From positions 21,776 through 85,775 of the forward strand of contig CAKZPI010000019.1 in NCBI GenBank assembly GCA_937139155.1: DNA of 64,000 nucleotides, given 5' to 3'. The DNA comes from an uncultured Flavobacteriales bacterium (lineage in GTDB: Bacteria > Bacteroidota > Bacteroidia > Flavobacteriales > JBLHRE01). The notes below the pieces were generated by a model, which saw only the letters and a program-made list of their open reading frames with translations, made no database searches and had not been told where the DNA came from. This document shows positions 1 through 8,651 of the stretch, one piece after another; within the stretch, counting starts at the first letter, position 1, and the number at the start of each line of letters is the position of its first letter. The translations under genes and the position numbers were made by a program.

Positions 1-3
1 CAC

Positions 4-1224
4 ATGGTGGAGAAACGAGTCATAGCAGTTTTTCTTGTCACTTTGTTATTACCCTTGCTTGGGTTCATGACCAAAGCACCTAAAGAGGAGGGGGTGAAGA
101 AGGTGGTAATTGATGCTGGCCATGGAGGGAAAGACCCAGGGAACCTAGGTACTGGAAGGTATAAGTCGCGTGAGAAAGACATTTCTCTTGACGTTGCTCT
201 ATTGCTGGGGAAATATATCAATGAATTCCTTCCTGATGTGGAAGTGGTCTATACGAGAAAGGACGACTCCTTTCCAGAGCTTTGGAAACGAACCACCTTG
301 GCCAATCAAGAAGATGCTGATTTGTTTATTTCCATCCATTGCAACGCTTTTTCAAAACCAACGGCCAAAGGTTGTGAATCAATTGTACTTGGATTCAACC
401 ACGAGGAAAAAAACCTCTCCGTGGCCAAGAAAGAAAACTCGGTAATTTACCTTGAAGACAATTACGAAGAGAAATATCAAGGCTTTGACCCAAATCGTCC
501 GGAAACCCTAATTGGCCTAGGGCTTTCTCAAGAGAAATACCTAGACCGTTCGGTGAATCTAGCCAAGAAGATTCAAGATCAGTTTCGAGATCGGGTAAAT
601 CGGGTAGATCGTGGGGTTAAGCAACAGCCTCTTTGGGTTACCTCTAGGGTTTTCATGCCTTCGGTTCTGGTAGAGCTAGGCTTTTTAACCAATCCCTCTG
701 AAGAGGATTTCCTGAATTCTAAAAACGGGAAAGAATATATGGCGTCGGCTATTTTTCGGGCTTTCCGAGATTATAAAAGGGAGGTGGAAGCTGATCTGGG
801 TGAGGTTAAACCTAAGGTGAACCTTGAGGAGGAGCCCCTTAAGTCTAAGTCAGACTCCATTCCGCTTAAAGAGGAAGAGGAGGTTCATGCTCATGAAGAT
901 ACAGAGCCTAATGATTCAATATCAGAAGGGGTAGAATCAGAAGATGAAGGCGAAGAGGAAGTGTATTACACAGTACAACTCATGGCTTCTTCCTATGAAT
1001 TAAGCCTAAACTCCGATCCGAGGTTCAGTAAATTATCGGGTCCTATTGACTATTACAAAGAACATGGCATGTTCAAATACACCTACGGAAAGGCTAAAAC
1101 CAAGGCAGAGGCTTTGGCTTTGAAAGGTCAAGGAAAGTATGCTGGATTTGAAGATTGTTTCCTCATTGCTTTTAAAGGAAATGAGAAGATTTCTCTCAAT
1201 GAAGCCAAGCGGCTTATGAGATAA
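4..1224 (+). CDS. N-acetylmuramoyl-L-alanine amidase (Amidase_3 type) with acidic linker and C-terminal SPOR-like domain
   Basis: 406-aa ORF with an N-terminal hydrophobic signal/anchor. VVIDAGHGGKDPG and FISIHCNA motifs fit the zinc amidase_3 family. An E/D-rich linker is followed by a C-terminal YYTVQLMAS...MFKYTYGK segment resembling a SPOR domain. The ATG is 3 nt from the window edge, so an upstream start cannot be excluded. Confidence 0.85.
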   Translation: MVEKRVIAVFLVTLLLPLLGFMTKAPKEEGVKKVVIDAGHGGKDPGNLGTGRYKSREKDISLDVALLLGKYINEFLPDVEVVYTRKDDSFPELWKRTTLANQEDADLFISIHCNAFSKPTAKGCESIVLGFNHEEKNLSVAKKENSVIYLEDNYEEKYQGFDPNRPETLIGLGLSQEKYLDRSVNLAKKIQDQFRDRVNRVDRGVKQQPLWVTSRVFMPSVLVELGFLTNPSEEDFLNSKNGKEYMASAIFRAFRDYKREVEADLGEVKPKVNLEEEPLKSKSDSIPLKEEEEVHAHEDTEPNDSISEGVESEDEGEEEVYYTVQLMASSYELSLNSDPRFSKLSGPIDYYKEHGMFKYTYGKAKTKAEALALKGQGKYAGFEDCFLIAFKGNEKISLNEAKRLMR

Positions 1225-1259
1225 TTGCTATACTTGTGCTCTAACAGAAATTAACCGTT

Positions 1260-2243
1260 TTGACCATTAAGAAAGAACTTAAAGTTGGCCTTTTGGCCGT
1301 AGTTTCCATCGCATTGATTGTATGGGGGGTGAACTTCTTGAAGGGCACCAATTTGCTTTCGAAAGGCCAGGTTTATCATGCCGTTTACAGTAAAGTTGAT
1401 GGGTTGGCAGGGGCAGAGCCTGTTTTGATTAACGGATTAAAAGTAGGGCAAGTAAGAACGGTTTCATTCATGCCCGACATGAGTGGAAGAATTGTGGTAT
1501 CCTTTGCCATGCACTCTGATTTCCCCTTTTCAAAAAATACAGTAGCCCGAATTATTTCTCCAGACATCATGGGCTCAAAAGCTCTTGAGCTTGACCTAAA
1601 ACCTGGTGATTTAGCGGAGTTTGGGGATACACTTCCTTCGGATATTCAGGCCAGCCTTACCGAAGAGGTTAACCGTCAGGTCCTTCCCATAAAGAAAAAA
1701 GCAGAAGATCTTTTAACCGAGGTAGACTCTGTCATTACCTACATCAAGGTCTTTTTTAATCAGGAAGCTAGAGATTATGTAGCGGAATCTTTCCACAACA
1801 TCAATTCTACCTTCGTAAAAATCGACTCACTTACGGCTAGCCTAGACCGGGTAGTACGTGCTACGGAAACCAATATGACCAGCATTGCTGTTTCGGTTGA
1901 TTCTGTAGGGCTGGTTGCAAGAAGAAATACCAGAGAACTGAACCGAATGGTAGATAATTTGGCAGACATCTCTGATTCATTGGCCAATGCTGACCTAAGC
2001 CAAGCCGTGAATAATTTCGCCAATACCCTTAGAGAAACCGATTCCATCCTTTCTTTTGTGAATACTGGAGAAGGAAACCTCGGAAAACTGGTTTATGATT
2101 CTACCCTTTATGAAAATTTAGAAGGGGCCACCAAAGAGCTTGAGCTCTTGCTTGAAGACATGAAACTTAACCCTCAGCGGTACGTAAACTTTTCTTTAAT
2201 CGGAAGAAAACCAGAACCTTACGGTCCCGCCAAACAACCCTAA
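1260..2243 (+). CDS. MlaD/MCE family protein (orphan, no mlaE/mlaF nearby)
   Basis: 327-aa ORF starting at TTG 1260 (no in-frame ATG near the N-terminus). It has a single N-terminal TM helix, an MCE-type region (VYSKVDGLAGAEPVLINGLKVGQV) and a long helical C-terminal part. Confidence 0.75.
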   Translation: MTIKKELKVGLLAVVSIALIVWGVNFLKGTNLLSKGQVYHAVYSKVDGLAGAEPVLINGLKVGQVRTVSFMPDMSGRIVVSFAMHSDFPFSKNTVARIISPDIMGSKALELDLKPGDLAEFGDTLPSDIQASLTEEVNRQVLPIKKKAEDLLTEVDSVITYIKVFFNQEARDYVAESFHNINSTFVKIDSLTASLDRVVRATETNMTSIAVSVDSVGLVARRNTRELNRMVDNLADISDSLANADLSQAVNNFANTLRETDSILSFVNTGEGNLGKLVYDSTLYENLEGATKELELLLEDMKLNPQRYVNFSLIGRKPEPYGPAKQP

Positions 2244-2246
2244 ACC

Positions 2247-3566
2247 ATGGGCATAGAGAATATTGTATTTCTACTTGTATTAATTGCAGCCTCTCTCTTA
2301 TTTGCTAGAAATGTTCAACGCATAAAAAAGAACATAAACTTAGGAAGGGATATAGACCGAACGGACCGGAAAGGGGAACGTTGGAAAACCATGGCAATGG
2401 TGGCCCTTGGACAGTCAAAAATGGTTAAAAGACCGGTGGCTGGTTTCCTTCATATTTTGGTTTATGTGGGTTTTGTACTGATCAATATTGAAGTTCTTGA
2501 AATTGTAATTGATGGGGTTTTTGGTACCCACCGAATTCTATCCCTTTTAGGGGGTTTCTACGATGTTTTAATCGCCTCATTTGAGGTATTAGCGCTTTTG
2601 GTTCTCTTGGCCTGTGTGGTTTTCTTGATTCGAAGAAACTTGGTACGGGTTCAGCGGTTTTTCAAGCCTGAAATGAAAGGATGGCCAAGCTTAGACGGAA
2701 ACCTGATTCTCATTTTTGAAATTGCCCTTATGACCGCCCTCCTTATGATGAATGGGGCAGATCAGGTATTGCAGGCTAGAGGAGCAGAACATTACGCCAG
2801 TGCCGGTTCATTTCCTATTTCAGAAGCCCTTTTTGGATCATGGTTTACCGGATTGTCCACGGAGTCTCTCATTTTCATTGAAAGGTTTACCTGGTGGTTT
2901 CACATTGTAGGAATCCTTGGATTCTTGAACTACCTACCCATATCAAAGCATTTTCACATCATTTTGGCTTTCCCAAATACTTGGTATTCAAACTTAAATG
3001 CGAAAGGAAGGTTTAACAATTTAGAATCTGTGACCAATGAGGTGAAACTCATGATGGACCCCAATGCAGATCCTTTTGCTGCCCCAGACCCCAATGCAGC
3101 GCCTCCTGAGCGATTTGGAGCTAAGGATGTTACCGATTTGAATTGGGTTCAAATTATGGGAGCCTATAGCTGTACCGAATGTGGAAGGTGTACCTCTGAA
3201 TGTCCGGCCAACCAAACGGGTAAAAAGCTTTCGCCGAGAAAGATCATGATGGATGTTCGCGATCGGGCGGATGAAATTGGGAAGTTGAAGGCCCAAAAGC
3301 AAGAGGATGAAATTGATAAGAAATTTCTTCTAGGAGACTATATTACCGAAGAGGAATTATGGGCTTGTACCTCTTGCAATGCTTGTACAGAAGCCTGTCC
3401 GGTAAACATTGACCCACTAGGCATCATTCTAGATCTGAGAAGGTATTTGGTGATGGAAGAGTCTAAGGCTCCTCAAGAATTGAACTTAATGTTTGGAAAT
3501 ATTGAGAACAACGGAGCGCCTTGGCAGTTTTCAATGGCCGACCGTCTAAATTGGAAGGATGAATAA
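2247..3566 (+). CDS. Membrane-integral Fe-S oxidoreductase subunit (NarI/DsrM/HdrE-like TM domain fused to a 2x[4Fe-4S] ferredoxin domain)
   Basis: 439-aa ORF starting 3 nt after the mlaD-like stop. It has about six TM helices with conserved His (FLHILVY, WWFHIVG, SKHFHII), then two ferredoxin motifs CTECGRCTSECP and CTSCNACTEACP. Confidence 0.8.
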   Translation: MGIENIVFLLVLIAASLLFARNVQRIKKNINLGRDIDRTDRKGERWKTMAMVALGQSKMVKRPVAGFLHILVYVGFVLINIEVLEIVIDGVFGTHRILSLLGGFYDVLIASFEVLALLVLLACVVFLIRRNLVRVQRFFKPEMKGWPSLDGNLILIFEIALMTALLMMNGADQVLQARGAEHYASAGSFPISEALFGSWFTGLSTESLIFIERFTWWFHIVGILGFLNYLPISKHFHIILAFPNTWYSNLNAKGRFNNLESVTNEVKLMMDPNADPFAAPDPNAAPPERFGAKDVTDLNWVQIMGAYSCTECGRCTSECPANQTGKKLSPRKIMMDVRDRADEIGKLKAQKQEDEIDKKFLLGDYITEEELWACTSCNACTEACPVNIDPLGIILDLRRYLVMEESKAPQELNLMFGNIENNGAPWQFSMADRLNWKDE

Positions 3567-3978
3567 GCCAGATTTACGGGAGGTAGAGGTAGACGGACAT
3601 AAAATTTCTCCGGTATTGCCCGAAGAAGTTAAAAATTTCTTGGTGGATATTGATGGTACCATTTGCGACGATATCCCCAATGAAGAACCTGAACGAATGG
3701 CTACGGCCCAAGTTTATGAAGATGCCAAACAAAGATGTAACCACTGGTTTGAACAAGGACATATTATTACCTTTTTCACATCAAGAACGGAAGACCATAG
3801 GGAGGTTACCGAAGAATGGCTAAAAAAGAATGGTTTTAAATACCATGGACTCTTAATGGGGAAACCTAGGGGAGGAAATTATCATTGGATCGACAATCAC
3901 ATTGTAAGGGCAACACGGTACGAAGGGAAGTTTTCCGATCTAGTACCCGAAACTCGAACAATTCAAGTATTTAAATAG
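3559..3978 (+). CDS. Small HAD-superfamily phosphatase-like protein
   Basis: 139-aa ORF overlapping the upstream stop by 8 nt (ATGAATAA). DIDGTICDD (HAD motif I DxDxT), FFTSRT (motif II) and GKPRGGNYHWIDN (motifs III/IV region) are present, with no cap domain. Confidence 0.6.
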   Translation: MNKPDLREVEVDGHKISPVLPEEVKNFLVDIDGTICDDIPNEEPERMATAQVYEDAKQRCNHWFEQGHIITFFTSRTEDHREVTEEWLKKNGFKYHGLLMGKPRGGNYHWIDNHIVRATRYEGKFSDLVPETRTIQVFK

Positions 3979-3980
3979 GT

Positions 3981-4775
3981 ATGAGTCAAGCATTACATGT
4001 GCCAACCATGGCAGAAATGGCAGCAAAAGGTGAAAGTCCGGAGGTTTTATTCTGGGTTGGTTGCGCTGGGTCATTTGATGACCGGGCTAAGAAAATCACC
4101 AAGGCCTTTGTTCAAATCCTGAATAAGTGCAATGTAAAGTTTGCTGTTTTGGGCACGGAAGAATCCTGTACAGGTGACCCAGCAAAAAGGGCTGGAAACG
4201 AGTTCCTATTTCAAATGCAAGCCTTTGCAAATATTGAAGTAATGAACGGATATGGGGTTAAAAAAGTAGTAACCGCTTGCCCGCATTGCTTTAATACCCT
4301 TAAAAATGAGTACCCAGAACTGGGTGGAAATTTTGAGGTGGTTCATCATACCAGCTTTATTAATGACTTATTCAATTCGGGTCGCCTAATTATTGAAGGT
4401 GGCAGCTTTCGCGGAAAACGAATTACTTACCACGACGCTTGCTATTTAGGCCGCGCCAACGGGGTGTACGAAGCTCCTAGGAATCTCATTAAAAAATTGG
4501 ATGCCGAATTGGTGGAAATGAAAAGGTGTAGAACCAAAGGTCTATGCTGTGGTGCTGGAGGGGCTCAAATGTTCAAGGAGCCTGAAAAAGGAGACAAGGA
4601 TGTAAACATTGAAAGAATTGAAGACGCTCTTGAAACCAAGCCCAATATTGTAGCTACCGGATGTCCGTTTTGCAATACCATGATGACCGACGGGGTCAAG
4701 AATAAAGAAAAGGAGGAAGATGTGAAGGTGCTCGACATAGTTGAAATGATTGCCACGGCTCAAGACATGCTTTAA
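3981..4775 (+). CDS. Cysteine-rich CCG-domain Fe-S protein (HdrD/GlpC/LutA/DsrK C-terminal type)
   Basis: 264-aa ORF starting 2 nt after the previous stop. It carries two CCG-type repeats: GCAGS...SCTGDP...CPHC and CYLGR...CCGAGG...CPFC. Confidence 0.8.
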   Translation: MSQALHVPTMAEMAAKGESPEVLFWVGCAGSFDDRAKKITKAFVQILNKCNVKFAVLGTEESCTGDPAKRAGNEFLFQMQAFANIEVMNGYGVKKVVTACPHCFNTLKNEYPELGGNFEVVHHTSFINDLFNSGRLIIEGGSFRGKRITYHDACYLGRANGVYEAPRNLIKKLDAELVEMKRCRTKGLCCGAGGAQMFKEPEKGDKDVNIERIEDALETKPNIVATGCPFCNTMMTDGVKNKEKEEDVKVLDIVEMIATAQDML

Positions 4776-4776
4776 G

Positions 4777-5259
4777 ATGCGGATAGACTTTGAAAAAATG
4801 CCGGATAATGCCAGGCTTTGGATTTATCAGGCAGACCGAGACTTATCAGAACTAGATTCCAACAAAATCAAAGAGAAGCTCGAACCTTTTCTTGAATCAT
4901 GGGCTGCCCATGGTCAGGAATTGATTACGGCCTATACCCTTAAGTACAATCGATTTTTAATGATCGCCGTTGACCAGGAGAGCATTCCTCCTTCAGGTTG
5001 CAGCATTGATGCCTCCGTTCGGGTAATTCAAGACGTTCAAAACCAGCTTAACCTTGACTTTTTTAATCGGATGGATATTTGTTTTAAGAACGAAAGAGGA
5101 GAGGTAGAAAGCTTGAAAATGAATGATTTCCGAAAAATGCTGAAAGAAATTAACCATCCTGAAAAACTTTTGGTTTTCAACAACCTAATTCAAAGCAAAT
5201 CTGAATTAGATGCCTGGGAAGTTGAAGCTCAAAACAGCTGGCATAAACAATGGTTGTAA
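4777..5259 (+). CDS. Conserved hypothetical protein, last gene of the Fe-S module
   Basis: The ORF track starts at 4750 inside the upstream gene. ATG 4777 (1 nt after the stop) or ATG 4798 is more plausible. I can assign no catalytic motif; it contains PPSGCSIDAS. I recall this family as Bacteroidota-specific and uncharacterised. Confidence 0.6.
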   Translation: MRIDFEKMPDNARLWIYQADRDLSELDSNKIKEKLEPFLESWAAHGQELITAYTLKYNRFLMIAVDQESIPPSGCSIDASVRVIQDVQNQLNLDFFNRMDICFKNERGEVESLKMNDFRKMLKEINHPEKLLVFNNLIQSKSELDAWEVEAQNSWHKQWL

Positions 5260-5266
5260 GGGTTTT

Positions 5267-6886
5267 TTAATCCTCTTTATCCAAAATTTCATCCCTGTTT
5301 AAATCCTTTTGCTCCTTATTTGGATCCAAGTCTTTTGGCTGGGTTTCAAGCTCTTTTGAAATTGGGTTTATGGGCTGGATGAAAATGTCTGATTTCTGAT
5401 TGGGCTTCAACCAAATCCTCCATTCAAAGTTTTGCAAACGTCGGTCTGAAGCTTCTATGGAATTGCTGGGCTTTAATTGAGCATTCACGTCTTTACCGTA
5501 AACAATTCGGTCTAAATCTGAGTTTTTAAACCAAAGGGTCATTCGGCTGCTTTTGGCAAGATCTAAGCCTATAAATGACCCATCATCTTCCCGGGCAAAG
5601 AAAACAGATTGAGCGTTTCCTTCCACCAAAATTCGATTCAAGGTATTGTCTTTAAAATAGGCCTTCATTTCTCCACCTTGAATTTGATTAAAGTCATTCA
5701 AGGTATCCTTCGAAATTAAAATGGCAGAACTCACCATCTTCAACCAAGAGATTTTACCTTGATCAATCAAAGCAAACATGGTATCCGCCGTTAATTGTTG
5801 ACCATCGGCCCAAACAATGGGATCTTCAATAAAATGCATGAGAGAATCCCGCTCAGACCAGTAAACCGTATCGGCTAAGCCTTGAAAATCAGATTGGTAA
5901 AATCTAACTTTTGGGAATGCATCGAAGGATTTAAAGCTTGAGTCTTCGTAGAAATGTAGGGAATCAGCGTGCATGAACAAGGAGTCATCCTCGGTTTGAA
6001 TGGCCAGGTAGGCCCTTTCTCCAAAAATTCTGGAATCTTTGTCATTTCCAAAATATTTTCCAAAATCGCCGTAAAGAGAAATTCCCTCTAAGGTATCGTG
6101 GACAGTCACCTTTCGGTAGGCCTCTCCATAATTCCGGTTTCGATCGTAAAACAGGCTGTCGGCGTTCAGCCTTTGCTCTCCTTGAATTAGGCTAGCACCT
6201 TTGAAAAATGCAGAAAGGTTGGTTTTTGTATTGTAAAATCCTCTTCTACAAAGAATGAGGTTGGAGTCAGACTCTATCCTAGTTTCCCCGGCAAAGTCAG
6301 CCCGCTTGCTTCGGGTATTATACAGTAGGGTATCGCTGAAAATGGTGTATTTAGGGTTGACCAAAACCACAGAATCCGCAAAGAAGAATTGTTTTGATCT
6401 AGAGAAGTAGCTACCTCTTTCACTTCGTAGCCGATTGTCTTCATCCACAATTACCCCGCCATTTTGGTAATAAGCGTGTTGATTTTTACGGTCATAATCC
6501 AGGCGATCGGTTTCAAGGGTCATAGACTTATCTCGAAATCGCACTCCTCCGGTTACCAAAGCTTTTTTAGATTGGCCAGAATACTCTAAGTACTTTCCTC
6601 TTAAGTCAAGGGTATCTCCTTGTTTAATGCGAACATTTCCGAAAGCTTCAAGCCGATTTTCATTGGGGTAGTACCAAGAAGAGTCGCAATAAAGCTTGGC
6701 CCCTTCGTGCTTGAATTGAACATTTCCAATTAAGCGTTTCGCACCGTTAGGAAGGGCATTTCCTCCCAAAAGGGCATTGGCATTTACAATTTCAATCTTT
6801 GAGCCTTGTCCCATCGCCGTAAGGCTAAGGAAAATAAGACTAAGGACTAGAATTCTAGCCTGAAATGGAGGCAAGAAGCTCTTCAC
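5267..6886 (-). CDS. OstA/LptA-like repeat protein (periplasmic or outer-membrane associated)
   Basis: 539-aa ORF with a signal peptide (ARILVLSLIFLSLTAMGQG). The long beta-rich body resembles repeated OstA/LptD N-terminal jellyroll modules, and the C-terminal tail is charged. Its start overlaps the purA 3' end by 32 nt. Confidence 0.65.
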   Translation of the reverse strand: MKSFLPPFQARILVLSLIFLSLTAMGQGSKIEIVNANALLGGNALPNGAKRLIGNVQFKHEGAKLYCDSSWYYPNENRLEAFGNVRIKQGDTLDLRGKYLEYSGQSKKALVTGGVRFRDKSMTLETDRLDYDRKNQHAYYQNGGVIVDEDNRLRSERGSYFSRSKQFFFADSVVLVNPKYTIFSDTLLYNTRSKRADFAGETRIESDSNLILCRRGFYNTKTNLSAFFKGASLIQGEQRLNADSLFYDRNRNYGEAYRKVTVHDTLEGISLYGDFGKYFGNDKDSRIFGERAYLAIQTEDDSLFMHADSLHFYEDSSFKSFDAFPKVRFYQSDFQGLADTVYWSERDSLMHFIEDPIVWADGQQLTADTMFALIDQGKISWLKMVSSAILISKDTLNDFNQIQGGEMKAYFKDNTLNRILVEGNAQSVFFAREDDGSFIGLDLAKSSRMTLWFKNSDLDRIVYGKDVNAQLKPSNSIEASDRRLQNFEWRIWLKPNQKSDIFIQPINPISKELETQPKDLDPNKEQKDLNRDEILDKED

Positions 6887-8147
6887 GCATTAGGGTTTGA
6901 GACCTTTTCGGACCAACCGATACAATACCAATTGGAACCTCAAGTTGATCTTCAAGGTATTTCACGTAATTCAATAAATTTTCAGGCATTTCTTTCCATT
7001 GGCTAAGCCCAGTTAAATCCTCGGTCCAGCCTGGAAGGCTTTCATAAACGGGTTCTAGGTTCTGAGGCTCAATATTATACGGAAGATAGTCGATGAGTTC
7101 GCCTTTGTATTTATAATGTGTACAAACCTTAATTTCCTCAAAATTGCTTAGTACATCGGCCTTCATCATCATCAATTGGGTAACCCCATTCACCATGATG
7201 GCATATTTCAGAGCCGGAAGGTCTACCCAACCACATCTTCTGGGTCTACCGGTGGTAGCTCCGTATTCATTTCCAGCATCGCGTAAACGCTGTCCGACTT
7301 CGTCTTCTAATTCAGTAGGGAAGGGGCCAGACCCAACTCGGGTGCAATAAGCTTTGAAGATTCCGTAAACCTGATCAATCCGATTTGGAGCAATGCCGAG
7401 TCCGTTACAAGCCCCAGCGGTAATGGTATTTGAGGAAGTAACAAAGGGGTAGGTTCCAAAGTCTATATCAAGCATGGCACCTTGGGCACCCTCAGCAAGC
7501 ACCTTGGCACCTGAACGCATTTGTTGATTCACAAAATGCTCAGAATCAATTAATTTCATATCTCGAAGGGCATCAATGCTTTCCATCCATGGTCCTTCAA
7601 GGCTTTCAAGGTCGTATTCAAAGTCATAATTGGCTAAAATGGCCTTATGTTTTTCTACCAAGGCCTGGTACCTTTCTTGGAAGTCAGAAAGCTCAATATC
7701 TCCAACCCGTAATCCATTTCTACCGGTTTTATCCATGTAGGTAGGACCAATACCTTTTAGGGTAGAGCCGATTTTCATTTTGCCTTTGGCCTGCTCAGAG
7801 GCCGCGTCAAGCAACCTATGGGAAGGAAGTATAAGGTGAGCTCTTCTAGAAATTAGGAGTTTGGTTTTGAAGTCAACCTCGTATTTCTTGAGGTTTTCAA
7901 TTTCCTTTTGCAGGATAACAGGGTCAATAACCACTCCATTTCCAATCACATTGAGGGCATCTTTGTGAAAAATACCCGAGGGAATGGTGTGAAGGACGTG
8001 TTTAATGTTTTCAAATTCAAGGGTATGCCCAGCATTCGGGCCTCCTTGGAAACGAGCAATTACGTCGTAATTACGGGTTAAAACGTCAACAATTTTTCCT
8101 TTTCCTTCATCTCCCCATTGAAGGCCTAAGAGAACATCAATCTGCAT
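6855..8147 (-). CDS. purA: Adenylosuccinate synthase
   Basis: 430 aa with QWGDEGKGK P-loop, GPNAGHT, GIGPTY and TTGRPRRCGW motifs. Confidence 0.95.
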   Translation of the reverse strand: MQIDVLLGLQWGDEGKGKIVDVLTRNYDVIARFQGGPNAGHTLEFENIKHVLHTIPSGIFHKDALNVIGNGVVIDPVILQKEIENLKKYEVDFKTKLLISRRAHLILPSHRLLDAASEQAKGKMKIGSTLKGIGPTYMDKTGRNGLRVGDIELSDFQERYQALVEKHKAILANYDFEYDLESLEGPWMESIDALRDMKLIDSEHFVNQQMRSGAKVLAEGAQGAMLDIDFGTYPFVTSSNTITAGACNGLGIAPNRIDQVYGIFKAYCTRVGSGPFPTELEDEVGQRLRDAGNEYGATTGRPRRCGWVDLPALKYAIMVNGVTQLMMMKADVLSNFEEIKVCTHYKYKGELIDYLPYNIEPQNLEPVYESLPGWTEDLTGLSQWKEMPENLLNYVKYLEDQLEVPIGIVSVGPKRSQTLMREELLASISG

Positions 8148-8154
8148 GATTGTA

Positions 8155-8622
8155 TTATGATTCAGGTTTGTATTCGCAGTTTTCTTTAGCGCAACTGCCG
8201 TATAGGTTTAGTGCATGATGCATGACCCGAAAGCCAAGAATGTCTTCAACCGTTGCCACAGTTTGTTGAATCCTGGGGTCACAGAACTCAAAAACCCGAT
8301 TGCAATCGGTGCAAATCATATGATCATGCTGCTTGTTTTGAAAAGATTTTTCATACTGAGCTTGCTGGTCGCCAAACTGATGTTTCCTCACCAAATTACA
8401 ATCCAATAAAAGTTCAATGGTATTGTACAGAGTGGCTCGACTTACCCGGTAGTTTTTGTTTTTCATGTTGATGTACAAAGACTCAATGTCAAAATGTTCA
8501 CCTTGTTCATAGATTTCCTTGAGAATGGCAAACCGTTCCGGAGTTTTCCGTTGGCCATTTTGCTCAAGATAAGCTTTGAACACATCTTTTACTGTTTCCT
8601 GTACTTCATTCATGGTTGGCAA
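8155..8622 (-). CDS. fur: Fur family transcriptional regulator
   Basis: 155 aa with a winged-helix N-terminal half, an [15 protein letters not shown] metal-binding/CxxC motif and a C-terminal Cys pair. Confidence 0.85.
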   Translation of the reverse strand: MPTMNEVQETVKDVFKAYLEQNGQRKTPERFAILKEIYEQGEHFDIESLYINMKNKNYRVSRATLYNTIELLLDCNLVRKHQFGDQQAQYEKSFQNKQHDHMICTDCNRVFEFCDPRIQQTVATVEDILGFRVMHHALNLYGSCAKENCEYKPES

Positions 8623-8651
8623 AAATGAGGAAAATTGCGCTAAGGCTAAAC

